NCBI GenBank assembly: GCA_040388575.1
Contig: JAZKBO010000004.1
Location: forward strand, 5,400-69,399
Direction of reading: 5' to 3'
Source of the DNA: Patescibacteria group bacterium
GTDB lineage: Bacteria; Patescibacteriota; Minisyncoccia; Phycocordibacterales; UBA9973
Length of the DNA: 64,000 bases
The position numbers were made by a program, and so were the translations under genes. Positions within the stretch are counted from its first letter, which is position 1. Every line of letters starts with the position of its first letter. This document shows, piece after piece, positions 47,250 through 55,811 of the stretch. The notes below the pieces were generated by a model that was not told the DNA's origin, did no database searches, and saw only the letters and a list, made by a program, of their open reading frames with translations.

Positions 47250-49220
47250 GTGTTATATTTAAAGGTAATGTCGCAATCGAAGAAAAAAGGGGGCACAAAC
47301 CGCCTGGAAGGCACTATCTCCATCTCTGCCAAAGGCATAGGCTATGTGGCTGTAGGGGAAACTAAAAATAAAGGCCAGGATCCGGAAATAGATTCTAAGC
47401 ATTTAAACACTGCCCTTCATGGCGACAGGGTGGAGATTGTACTCCATCCTAAGAGCAAGAATCGCCAGACTGCGGAAGTTACCCGCGTAATAACCCGAGC
47501 CAAAACTGGCTTCATGGGCGTCATAGAGGAACAGAATGGCTTATTTTTTTTAAAGCCAGATGATCCTAAAATGTATACGGATATCATCGTTCCTCAAAGT
47601 ATGTTAAATGGCGCTAAGGCTGGGGAGAAAGTTTTCGTCAAAATCGTTTCTTGGAATGACCCTCGTAAAGAACCAGAAGGTAAAGTAGAAAAGGTCTTAG
47701 GTAAGCCAGGTGATAATAATGTCGAGATGGAGGCCATCGCGATGGAAAAAGGCTTCGCTGCAAGTTTACCTACAGATGTTGAAGCCGAAGCGGAAAGGAT
47801 AAAGCACGCGGGCATAAAAGAATCTGATTATCAAGATCGTCGGGATTTCCGCAACACTCTCACCTTCACTATCGACCCGGACACTGCTAAGGACTTCGAT
47901 GATGCAATATCATTCAAAGAAATAGATAAAGATAAATACGAGGTGGGTATTCATATAGCTGATGTATCACATTATGTGCAAATCGGCAGCGCAATAGATA
48001 AGGAGGCCAGGGAGCGCGGCACATCGGTATACCTCGTGGACCGTACCATCCCGATGTTGCCAGAAGTACTTTCTAATGACTTGTGCTCCTTGGTGCCGAA
48101 TCAAGATCGCCTGACCATGAGTGCTGTTTTTGTTATAGATAAAAATGCCAAGGTTGCTGGTGAATGGTTCGGCCGCACAGTTATCCATTCCCAAAGGCGC
48201 TTCACTTATGAAGAGGCCGAGGAATCGATAAAGAAATCCTCTGCACCACTACATAAGGAGCTTGCAATATTGAATGGTTTAGCAAAAAAGTTAACCAAGG
48301 AGAGGTTCAGTAAGGGCGCAATATCACTCGATCAAGAGGAAGTTAAGTTTGTCCTAGATGATAAAGGTGTGCCGATCAAAGTAATTAAAAAGGAGCGCGG
48401 CGACTCTAATAGATTGATCGAGGAATTTATGCTCTTGGCAAATAAAAAAGTTGCCCAAATTATTTCCTCATCTAATTCTAAGACCAAGGGTCAAAAAGAC
48501 CACAGTATTTCCATTTACCGCGTGCATGACCTGCCGAGTAAGGAAAAGATGGCAGATCTCGCTTTCTTCCTGCGCAGCCTCGGGCACAAAATAACATTAC
48601 GTGACGGGCTGATACCAACTTTTGAAATTAATAAGTTACTGGAGAGCTTGAAAGGTAAAAGTGAGGCCGACACCGTGCATCGCGCTGTCATCCGCTCCAT
48701 GGCCAAGGCAATTTACTCTACCAAAAATATCGGCCACTATGGCCTTGCATTTGAATACTATACTCACTTCACCTCCCCGATCCGCCGCTACCCAGACATC
48801 ATTGTGCATCGCCTACTTGAGGACCACCTAGAAGGTATTAAAATAAATCCCGATAAGCTCCATGTATTTGAAGACATGTCGAGGATTGCTTCCGAGCAAG
48901 AAAAGAGAGCCTCGGATGCGGAACGAGCATCGATTAAGTACAAACAAGTGGAGTACATGTCACTCCGGATCGGCAAAGCTTTCGATGGCGTCATCAGCGG
49001 CATAACCGAGTGGGGTATGTATGTGGAAGAGCTTGAAACAAAGTGTGAGGGTTTGGTGCGCGTGCGTGACATGGCGGATGATTACTATATATACAATGAA
49101 AAAAAGTTGGAATTAGTCGGCCAGAAGAAGAAAAAGCGCTACCGCCTCGGGGATCGTGTTAAAATAAAAGTTAAAGCGGTTGATTTGGAGCGCAAAACAA
49201 TTGATTATATTCTAGTATGA
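47250..49220 (+). CDS. rnr: ribonuclease R (RNB family 3'-5' exoribonuclease)
   Basis: Cold-shock/OB N-terminus. RNB catalytic DFDDAISF...HIADVSHYV. C-terminal S1 domain (GVISGITEWGMYVEL). Confidence 0.8.
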   Translation: MLYLKVMSQSKKKGGTNRLEGTISISAKGIGYVAVGETKNKGQDPEIDSKHLNTALHGDRVEIVLHPKSKNRQTAEVTRVITRAKTGFMGVIEEQNGLFFLKPDDPKMYTDIIVPQSMLNGAKAGEKVFVKIVSWNDPRKEPEGKVEKVLGKPGDNNVEMEAIAMEKGFAASLPTDVEAEAERIKHAGIKESDYQDRRDFRNTLTFTIDPDTAKDFDDAISFKEIDKDKYEVGIHIADVSHYVQIGSAIDKEARERGTSVYLVDRTIPMLPEVLSNDLCSLVPNQDRLTMSAVFVIDKNAKVAGEWFGRTVIHSQRRFTYEEAEESIKKSSAPLHKELAILNGLAKKLTKERFSKGAISLDQEEVKFVLDDKGVPIKVIKKERGDSNRLIEEFMLLANKKVAQIISSSNSKTKGQKDHSISIYRVHDLPSKEKMADLAFFLRSLGHKITLRDGLIPTFEINKLLESLKGKSEADTVHRAVIRSMAKAIYSTKNIGHYGLAFEYYTHFTSPIRRYPDIIVHRLLEDHLEGIKINPDKLHVFEDMSRIASEQEKRASDAERASIKYKQVEYMSLRIGKAFDGVISGITEWGMYVEELETKCEGLVRVRDMADDYYIYNEKKLELVGQKKKKRYRLGDRVKIKVKAVDLERKTIDYILV

Positions 49221-51118
49221 ATACGAAACAGGGAAAAATAAGATGGTTATTGCTTTTAACCCTGGCAATGGTGGCCTTTTTGGGCACGACTTCATATTAT
49301 TTAAAGAATCTTATATATAAAGAAGCGAACCAATTAGCGGATGTTTCCGCCGCCCCGGTTCTAGCCAGTACTGACACGGGGCCTAAATATTTCTATTTCA
49401 ATAAAGAAGCGGCACTACTCCCGAAGGTTTCTGCCACTGCATTCCTGGTGGGTGACCTTGATACGGGTGAAGTAATTATGGAGAAAAATCAAGACACCCA
49501 GCTTCCTATTGCTTCAGTCTCAAAATTGATGACGGCGTTAGTGGCCAATGAGCTGGGAGGAGAAAAAAATGAAGAGGGAGAGGCCCAAGTCAGTAAAAAA
49601 GCCTTGGCTACCTACGGTGGCAACGGTGCCTTCCACTTGGGAGAGAAAATTAAAGTCAACGAGCTTTTCTATCCGCTCCTCTTAGAATCCAGTAACGACG
49701 CCGCCGAGATCCTGGCGGAATATTTCGGACGCGATACTTTCCTTTCTAAAATGAATCAGGAAGCGCAAATCCTGCAGATGTCCTCCACCACCTATGATGA
49801 CCCGAGCGGCCTCTCCCCTAATAACAAGTCTACCGTATCGGACCTTTTTAAACTCGCAGGATTTTTAAGTAAACAAAAGCAAAACATATTGGACATCACT
49901 ACGAAACGTAGCTACACCAATGACAAACATAACTGGTCCAGCAACAACCAATTCCTGCGCGAGGCTGGTTATGAAGGTGGCAAAAGTGGCTTCACTGACC
50001 CTGCCAAACAAACTGTTATTTCGATCTTCTCTGTACCGCTGCCGCCAGGCGGTGAACGTAATATTGCCATCACCCTACTAGGAAGCAATGATAGACATAA
50101 GGATGTAGATAATATTGTCAGCTATCTAAAGAAAAATATATATTATGGTGGTGAAGCGGATGCTAACATCGCTTGGGTCAAACAAAAAGACGGCATCCCA
50201 GAAATTAAGGATCCGGACTTTGTTACCCTCTCCTTCGTCGGTGATATTATGGTGGACCGCGGGGTAAAAAATTCCGTGATGAATAACTTCGGCGGCGACT
50301 ACTCCGCATTATTTGATAAAATGGGAACCTTGAAAGATTCAGATGTGGTCTTTGCAAATTTGGAAGGCACCGCATCGGACAAGGGGGAAGATCAAGGAAA
50401 TTTGTATTCCTTCCAAATGGACCCGACGATTATACCAGCACTACGTGGTGCGGGAGTAAGCATCCTCTCTGTGGCTAACAATCACGTTGGCGACTTTGGA
50501 CGGGAGTCATACATTGATACACTTTCGCGCTTGCGGGAAAATGAAATTACTTATACTGGTGGCGGTATGAATAGTGAGGAAGCCGAGCAGCCAGCGGTAA
50601 TGGAAAAATATGGCATCAAGTTAGGATTTCTTGGCTTCTCGGACGTTGGCCCAGACTGGATGAATGCGAAGGAGGACACTGCTGGATTATTACTAGCTAG
50701 TAACCCACGCTTTGATCAAATAATTAAAAATGCTGCCAGCCAGGTGGATGACCTTATCGTCTCCTTCCACTGGGGTGTTGAATATCAAACGCAGCATAAT
50801 GCTAGGCAGGAAGAATTAGCGCACAAAGCCATAGATGATGGCGCAAAAATAATTATCGGCACCCACCCACATGTGATGGAAGATACTGAAACTTATAAGA
50901 ATGGTTACATCGCTTATTCACTTGGAAACTTTATATTTGACCAGATATTTAGTGCAGAAACTATGAAAGGCATGCTGCTTAACATTAAGCTCGGCCACGA
51001 TGGCAGCCTAGCAGTGACAAAAAATACTGTCAGGTTAAACGACGCCTTCCAGCCGGACACTGTAGTGGCTGGAAAGGAAGAAAAGATTAAGTTTGATAGT
51101 GTATTGATTCCAAATTAA
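49217..51118 (+). CDS. fusion protein: D-alanyl-D-alanine carboxypeptidase (S11, penicillin-binding) + CapA/PGA_cap metallophosphatase-fold domain
   Basis: N-terminal half has SxxK (ASVSKLM), SxN (SSNDAA) and KSG (KSGFTD). C-terminal half has LSFVGDIMVDRGV, ANNHVGDFG, FHWGVEY and GTHPHV, as in the CapA poly-gamma-glutamate family. Confidence 0.6.
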   Translation: MNTKQGKIRWLLLLTLAMVAFLGTTSYYLKNLIYKEANQLADVSAAPVLASTDTGPKYFYFNKEAALLPKVSATAFLVGDLDTGEVIMEKNQDTQLPIASVSKLMTALVANELGGEKNEEGEAQVSKKALATYGGNGAFHLGEKIKVNELFYPLLLESSNDAAEILAEYFGRDTFLSKMNQEAQILQMSSTTYDDPSGLSPNNKSTVSDLFKLAGFLSKQKQNILDITTKRSYTNDKHNWSSNNQFLREAGYEGGKSGFTDPAKQTVISIFSVPLPPGGERNIAITLLGSNDRHKDVDNIVSYLKKNIYYGGEADANIAWVKQKDGIPEIKDPDFVTLSFVGDIMVDRGVKNSVMNNFGGDYSALFDKMGTLKDSDVVFANLEGTASDKGEDQGNLYSFQMDPTIIPALRGAGVSILSVANNHVGDFGRESYIDTLSRLRENEITYTGGGMNSEEAEQPAVMEKYGIKLGFLGFSDVGPDWMNAKEDTAGLLLASNPRFDQIIKNAASQVDDLIVSFHWGVEYQTQHNARQEELAHKAIDDGAKIIIGTHPHVMEDTETYKNGYIAYSLGNFIFDQIFSAETMKGMLLNIKLGHDGSLAVTKNTVRLNDAFQPDTVVAGKEEKIKFDSVLIPN

Positions 51119-51131
51119 AAAGTGATATGCT
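51104..51131 (+). promoter_or_regulatory. sigma70 promoter TTGATT-N16-TGaTATGCT at the head of G+C-rich cassette D
   Basis: TTGATTccaaattaaaaagtgaTATGCT. It shares the aaaagtgaTAT spacer/extended -10 with the C1/C2 promoters. It overlaps the stop of the dac/capA gene. Confidence 0.45.
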
Positions 51132-51175
51132 CTAACTGAATACCTGCCACTCTAGTTCACCATCAAGGAGGTCCC

Positions 51176-51316
51176 TTGGCGAACGGACAGAATACCAAAC
51201 TCGTGCCCATGATCTTGTTCATCCTCGTAATCTTGGCGGTGCTCACTATCGTCGATAGTAAGAAGGTGACGACGCCTTACGGCTTCACCTTCCCCTGCCA
51301 GGGCTGCACGCACTAG
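51176..51316 (+). CDS. putative small membrane peptide (46 aa, TTG start) in G+C-rich cassette D
   Basis: SD AAGGAGG lies 4 nt before TTG. The peptide has one TM helix (MILFILVILAVLTIV) and a C-terminal CQGC. An alternative, minus-strand ORF 51152..51472 is considered less likely. Confidence 0.3.
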   Translation: MANGQNTKLVPMILFILVILAVLTIVDSKKVTTPYGFTFPCQGCTH

Positions 51317-51323
51317 GTGCACG

Positions 51324-51440
51324 ATGAAGGAAGAAGACAGCCTGTGGGCGTGGGCCAAACTGATTGGTCTACTGTTATTAGTTGAGGGCCTCCCGCTCGG
51401 TGCCCTCGCCTTCCTCATCCGGTGGAAGTTCGGAAAGTAA
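51324..51440 (+). CDS. putative small membrane peptide (38 aa) in cassette D
   Basis: MKEEDSLWAWAKLIGLLLLVEGLPLGALAFLIRWKFGK, with one TM helix and a weak SD. Confidence 0.25.
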   Translation: MKEEDSLWAWAKLIGLLLLVEGLPLGALAFLIRWKFGK

Positions 51441-51535
51441 CGCATGCCGGCGGCCCCTTGGGTCGCCGGCAAAATCGTTTGTGGGTGTATAATTAGTGAG
51501 TATGCTGTTCCTGGGCGCTTAAGACTGGAGGGTCT

Positions 51536-51997
51536 ATGAATCGTCTGGCTTTCGTAGTCGTCGTAGCGGTGGTGTTTCTTGCTGGCGTAGCAGCCGGCAA
51601 AGCAACTTCACCTGTCGAGAATGATCTCGCACTTCGCCAGGCAGAGAGTCGCGAGGCCATGCTGATGCTCGCCTTCGTTGAGCTCAAGGTGGAGAACATG
51701 GCGATGGAGGAGCAGCTCCAATCCTGGAAAGATGCCGCTGCTCCGCTTAACACCATGTATTTCACGGAGGCAGCCTACGTCGACATGGGTCTCCACGAAT
51801 ATTTCGAGAAGTTCTATCCGGACATGGTGATGAATGCAGTGAAGCTGCGCAAACTCACTCATCCATGTCAGGTTGACCCTCGACGTTGGGGTTGCTCCTG
51901 GTACGGAAAGAATTACGTACCGGTTTACGTGGAAATCCAGCGGCCATTCTCAATATCCATGAGCCTAGCTGGGCACATGGACTCCCCGAGGAAGTGA
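51536..51997 (+). CDS. G+C-rich secreted/membrane-anchored hypothetical protein, 153 aa (cassette D)
   Basis: SD GGAGGG lies 4 nt before ATG. Signal/TM segment MNRLAFVVVVAVVFLAGVAAG. Cys pair CQVDPRRWGC. A GCGGCCGG...CCGGCCGC hairpin lies downstream. Confidence 0.5.
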   Translation: MNRLAFVVVVAVVFLAGVAAGKATSPVENDLALRQAESREAMLMLAFVELKVENMAMEEQLQSWKDAAAPLNTMYFTEAAYVDMGLHEYFEKFYPDMVMNAVKLRKLTHPCQVDPRRWGCSWYGKNYVPVYVEIQRPFSISMSLAGHMDSPRK

Positions 51998-52081
51998 ATA
52001 AATTGAGTTTCGGGGGACATCCCCAGAACACGCGGCCGGCGATCTCTCGATCCCCGGCCGCAAACTCATTTAAATTAAAAT

Positions 52082-54223
52082 TTATTTAGCTATTGCCACC
52101 GCTTCGTCAAATTTAACGGAGAGGAGTTTGGAGGCGGAGTCCGAGCCAATGGTAACACCATAGAGCATGCCAGCGCGCGACATCGTCTCGCGGTTGTGGG
52201 TCACAACGATAAGCTGGGAATGTTTGGAGAGTTTTTCCAGCATGTCTCCATACTTCCTAGAGTTAGCTTCATCCAGCGCCGCATCTGTTTCATCCAGCAC
52301 CAGGAATGGTGGCGGATTAACTTGTGACATAGCAAAAAGGAGTGCAATGGATGTCAGCGAGCGTTCCCCACCAGAGAGCGCCTGCAATTCTTTTACTTTT
52401 TTATGTGGCAATGACACATCTATCTCAATGCCTTGCTCGGGTATTTCATCTTCCTCATCTATCACTACCTCTTCTTCATAATCCTCGTCTTCACCTTTCT
52501 CAGCCTTTTTCTTCCTCTTTTCTGGTATCACTATGGAAAGCGACCCCGAGCCACCACCGAACATAAGAGTGAAAAATTCTTTAAATTCAACATTGATTTT
52601 CTTTATACCTTCCTTGAATTCCACATCGATTTTTTCTTTTAGGTCCACCATAATACCCTGGAGCGACTTTATACTCTCAGCTAAGTCCGCCATCTCCTTC
52701 TCTAGGAATTGGTCCCGCTGTGATACTTCCTCAAATTCTTTCATTATTTCCGTACCGCCGCCAAGGCCAGCGTCCTCTAATTTTATTTTTATCCTTTCAA
52801 TTTTCTTCCGCAATTCCTCTTGGGCTTGCGCATCGATGCCACCTTCTATTTGGAAGTTTTTATAGGAAAGTATTTCCATGCCGATCAAGGCCTGACCCTC
52901 CTTAATTTCATTTTCTAACATACCCTCCCCTTTGAAAATATTTGCGAGTTTAATGTTTATGAGCTCAAGCGCGGATGAAAGTTCCTGGTGTTTAACTTTA
53001 TGCGTAAACTTCTCGCGCTCCATGTCCCGCAGGGATTCCATTTCCTTATTTATTGCTTGCTTTAGTCCTTCAATAGATTGTGCATGAGTTTGTTCGTCCT
53101 TTTTCAACTTCTCAATCTCGGCCACTGTACTTACCTGGGAGGCTTTAAGTTCCGCCAATTCCCCTTCCTCATTTTCCCTCTTTTGTATTTGCTCGGCGTG
53201 CATCTCACGGATTTCATTACCGCATAGTGGACAACGGCCAGCTATTTTAACCTTATTCTCTTTAGCCTCGAGCATGCCTTCAATACGGCCGAGTTTGCGC
53301 TCTAGCTCGTTCTTAAGGTTCCTTATTTCATTTATTTTTTCCTCTACCGCCCGCAACTCCTCAATCTTTTTATTGCCAGCTTTGGAAGTTTCCTCGGGAA
53401 TATCGGAAATTTTATGGAGGACAGTCTGGAGTTCGCCTTGAATTTTACTTTTCTCTTTTGAAAGAGAATTCTTTTCATTCTCTAGGAAAACACTTTCCTT
53501 TTTTAAATATTCTCGGTACAGGGTTGCAAGTTCACCTTGCATCTCCTTAGCTTTTTCGAATTTTTCAACCTGCTTCTTGAGGAAGTTCAAATGCGGGGCA
53601 CTCTCCCGACGGAGCATGGTGACCTCCTTCATATTCTCCTCAGTGCGTTCTAGTTTGCGCTCGCTTTCACGGATTTTGTATTGGTAAATTTTAAGGCCGA
53701 GTGCGTCCTCCACCATTTCCTTCCTATCCTTCGGGCTCGCATTTAAAATTCTGTCCGCTTCACCCTGGGAGATTATGTGGTGTCCAGAGGAGCCAATATT
53801 GACTGATGCGAGTAAATTATTGATGTCTTTTAAACGCACCTCAGAACCATTTAAAATATATTTATTAAGGCCATCGGTATAAACCTCACGCCCGATGGAG
53901 ATAGTATCGTAATTTAAATTCATATTCTCTCCCACATCATTTGCGAGTTTGAAAATTTTATCTTTATTATCAAAATATATGGTAACTGACGCTCGGTTAC
54001 CCTTAGGCAATTGCTTGGAACCTTTAAAGATCATGTCCGCGCCGGCCTTACCGCGCATGGACTTCATGGACTGCTCACCGAGGACGTAGCGAATGGCTTC
54101 CACCACGTTGGATTTACCGGAACCATTAGGGCCGACGACTGAAGTAATCGGGCTCGAAAACTCTAAAACTGTTTTTTTAGCAAAAGATTTAAAGCCATTT
54201 AATTCTAAACTCCTAAGTCGCAT
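52082..54223 (-). CDS. smc: short SMC-family chromosome condensation ATPase with central CPxC zinc-hook-like motif
   Basis: N-terminal head MRLRSLELNGFKSFAKKTVLEFSSPITSVVGPNGSGKSNVVEAIRYVLGEQS. C-terminal head LSGGERSLTSIALLFAMSQVNPPPFLVLDETDAALDEAN. It is 713 aa with E/K-rich coiled coils. AGRCPLCGNEI sits at mid-length. Lies next to rnc as in rnc-smc synteny. Confidence 0.75.
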   Translation of the reverse strand: MRLRSLELNGFKSFAKKTVLEFSSPITSVVGPNGSGKSNVVEAIRYVLGEQSMKSMRGKAGADMIFKGSKQLPKGNRASVTIYFDNKDKIFKLANDVGENMNLNYDTISIGREVYTDGLNKYILNGSEVRLKDINNLLASVNIGSSGHHIISQGEADRILNASPKDRKEMVEDALGLKIYQYKIRESERKLERTEENMKEVTMLRRESAPHLNFLKKQVEKFEKAKEMQGELATLYREYLKKESVFLENEKNSLSKEKSKIQGELQTVLHKISDIPEETSKAGNKKIEELRAVEEKINEIRNLKNELERKLGRIEGMLEAKENKVKIAGRCPLCGNEIREMHAEQIQKRENEEGELAELKASQVSTVAEIEKLKKDEQTHAQSIEGLKQAINKEMESLRDMEREKFTHKVKHQELSSALELINIKLANIFKGEGMLENEIKEGQALIGMEILSYKNFQIEGGIDAQAQEELRKKIERIKIKLEDAGLGGGTEIMKEFEEVSQRDQFLEKEMADLAESIKSLQGIMVDLKEKIDVEFKEGIKKINVEFKEFFTLMFGGGSGSLSIVIPEKRKKKAEKGEDEDYEEEVVIDEEDEIPEQGIEIDVSLPHKKVKELQALSGGERSLTSIALLFAMSQVNPPPFLVLDETDAALDEANSRKYGDMLEKLSKHSQLIVVTHNRETMSRAGMLYGVTIGSDSASKLLSVKFDEAVAIAK

Positions 54224-54238
54224 TTCTTTATTCTGTAT

Positions 54239-54934
54239 TTACTCCAGCCAATTTTTTACTTTTAATGCCGCCTCTGCCGCCTTCTGCTCGGCTTCCTGCT
54301 TACTTTTACCTTTACCTTCGGCGATCAAAACCCCGCCGAAATTTATGCCCACAGTAAAATGTTTGTCATGGTCTGGGCCTGACTCACTAAGGACCCGGTA
54401 AGCCGGCGTAACCGATGCAAACTCCTGTGCCTTTTCCTGCACCAAACTCTTAGCATCCCGCCATAATTTATTTTTAACTATTTCATCAGTTTTAGGTAGA
54501 AGGGATTCCGACACAAATTTATCAGTCACTTCGTAGCCTTGATCTAAATAAACTGCGCCCACATAGGCCTCATAAGTATTAGCGAGTATATATTGCCGCG
54601 CCTTGCCGTTATCCTTAGATTCCCCTTTCGAGAGTAATAGATAGTCATTCATACCCACAGCGGAGGCAATTTCGGAAATAATTACGGCATTCACTAATGC
54701 CGAGCGCACTGCAGTTAACTCCCCCTCATTATAAGCGGGATATTTTTTGTATAAATAGTCCGTGACAATAAGTTCAAGCACTGCATCACCGAGGAATTCC
54801 AGGCGCTCGTTGTGTGAGAGTCCTGCGGAAGGATTTTCATTAATGTAAGAACGGTGAATAAATGCCTGCTTGAGCAAATTCTTTTCTTTGAAAACTATCT
54901 TTGTCTTTTTCTCAAAATCTGCAAAATTAATCAT
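54239..54934 (-). CDS. rnc: ribonuclease III
   Basis: ERLEFLGDAVLELIVTDYL signature and a C-terminal dsRBD. Confidence 0.85.
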   Translation of the reverse strand: MINFADFEKKTKIVFKEKNLLKQAFIHRSYINENPSAGLSHNERLEFLGDAVLELIVTDYLYKKYPAYNEGELTAVRSALVNAVIISEIASAVGMNDYLLLSKGESKDNGKARQYILANTYEAYVGAVYLDQGYEVTDKFVSESLLPKTDEIVKNKLWRDAKSLVQEKAQEFASVTPAYRVLSESGPDHDKHFTVGINFGGVLIAEGKGKSKQEAEQKAAEAALKVKNWLE

Positions 54935-54947
54935 ATATATAAATTAA

Positions 54948-55811
54948 TTATCTAATACCTGTATCAATATTAAAATTCAACGTGGTTGTTTGACCACTTT
55001 TTACAGTTACTGTGCCCTTATTTTCACTGAGTTCATCAACCATCATTCCGCTTGCTTTTATCGTATACGTGCCTGGGGCCAATGTAAATTGATAATTGCC
55101 ATTGGCATCTAAGTGCTGGCTGGAAACCAAAACTCCGGATTGTGTAAACACTCCAACTTGACGTGCCATATTTGTCTCTGGTGATGGAGTGCACGGGTGT
55201 CCAATTTGCTCCACCGGACAGACGGGCCCAATATCCACATGGCCTTTGAGGGTGCCAGTGGAAGCTTGGACCGTATTCGTAAATTTAAAAGTGGAAAGAA
55301 TTTGTTGTTCTTGATTTAAGTCACCCCAACAATTTAAAGGATCTCGATAGGAAATCGCTATTGTGTCCTTTCCGTCTTTTGTTGAAGTTTGGAAATTTGA
55401 TGTAGCACACTTAGGTGTGCCGTCTTCTGGATCATAAAATCCATACCAAGTTACGCCTGCAATATTATTCGAAGTCGGAGTAATAGATTTATCATAAGGA
55501 TTGGGATCAATGTTTGTCTTGGTCCAACCTTTCATAATCGTAATTATTGGACCTTCCCCGATTGTCAGCTGAACAGTCGGGTATTTCGTCCCATTGTACA
55601 AAAATGAACCCGTATCTTTAGGGGTTAGTGTGGTTAACTGGTACGGAGTTTTTATCTCAAATCCATACTGATCATTGGTATATGTTTTCCAATTTGCAGT
55701 TGATTCTTGTTTTGCGGGAGCTTGAACTGAATTTTTGTTTTTTTGCAAAAGAAAAATACCACCAAAAAGTACTCCGACCACAACTATACTAATAATTATT
55801 TGCTTAATCAT
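54948..55811 (-). CDS. secreted hypothetical protein with C-terminal Ig-like/carboxypeptidase-regulatory-like beta-sandwich
   Basis: N-terminal TM/signal segment. C-terminal GTLKGHV...APGTYTIKASG...VKSGQTTTLNFNI pattern. Confidence 0.4.
   Translation of the reverse strand: MIKQIIISIVVVGVLFGGIFLLQKNKNSVQAPAKQESTANWKTYTNDQYGFEIKTPYQLTTLTPKDTGSFLYNGTKYPTVQLTIGEGPIITIMKGWTKTNIDPNPYDKSITPTSNNIAGVTWYGFYDPEDGTPKCATSNFQTSTKDGKDTIAISYRDPLNCWGDLNQEQQILSTFKFTNTVQASTGTLKGHVDIGPVCPVEQIGHPCTPSPETNMARQVGVFTQSGVLVSSQHLDANGNYQFTLAPGTYTIKASGMMVDELSENKGTVTVKSGQTTTLNFNIDTGIR

Noticed and set aside
51152-51472. 106-aa minus-strand ORF (MPATQGAAGMRYFPNFHRMRKARAPSG...) in cassette D.
   Set aside because: It has an Arg/His-rich low-complexity translation and no SD. 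The plus strand has an AAGGAGG SD, two short TM-peptide ORFs and a promoter in the same orientation as the downstream 153-aa gene. Long spurious ORFs are expected in G+C-rich DNA. Not fully excluded.
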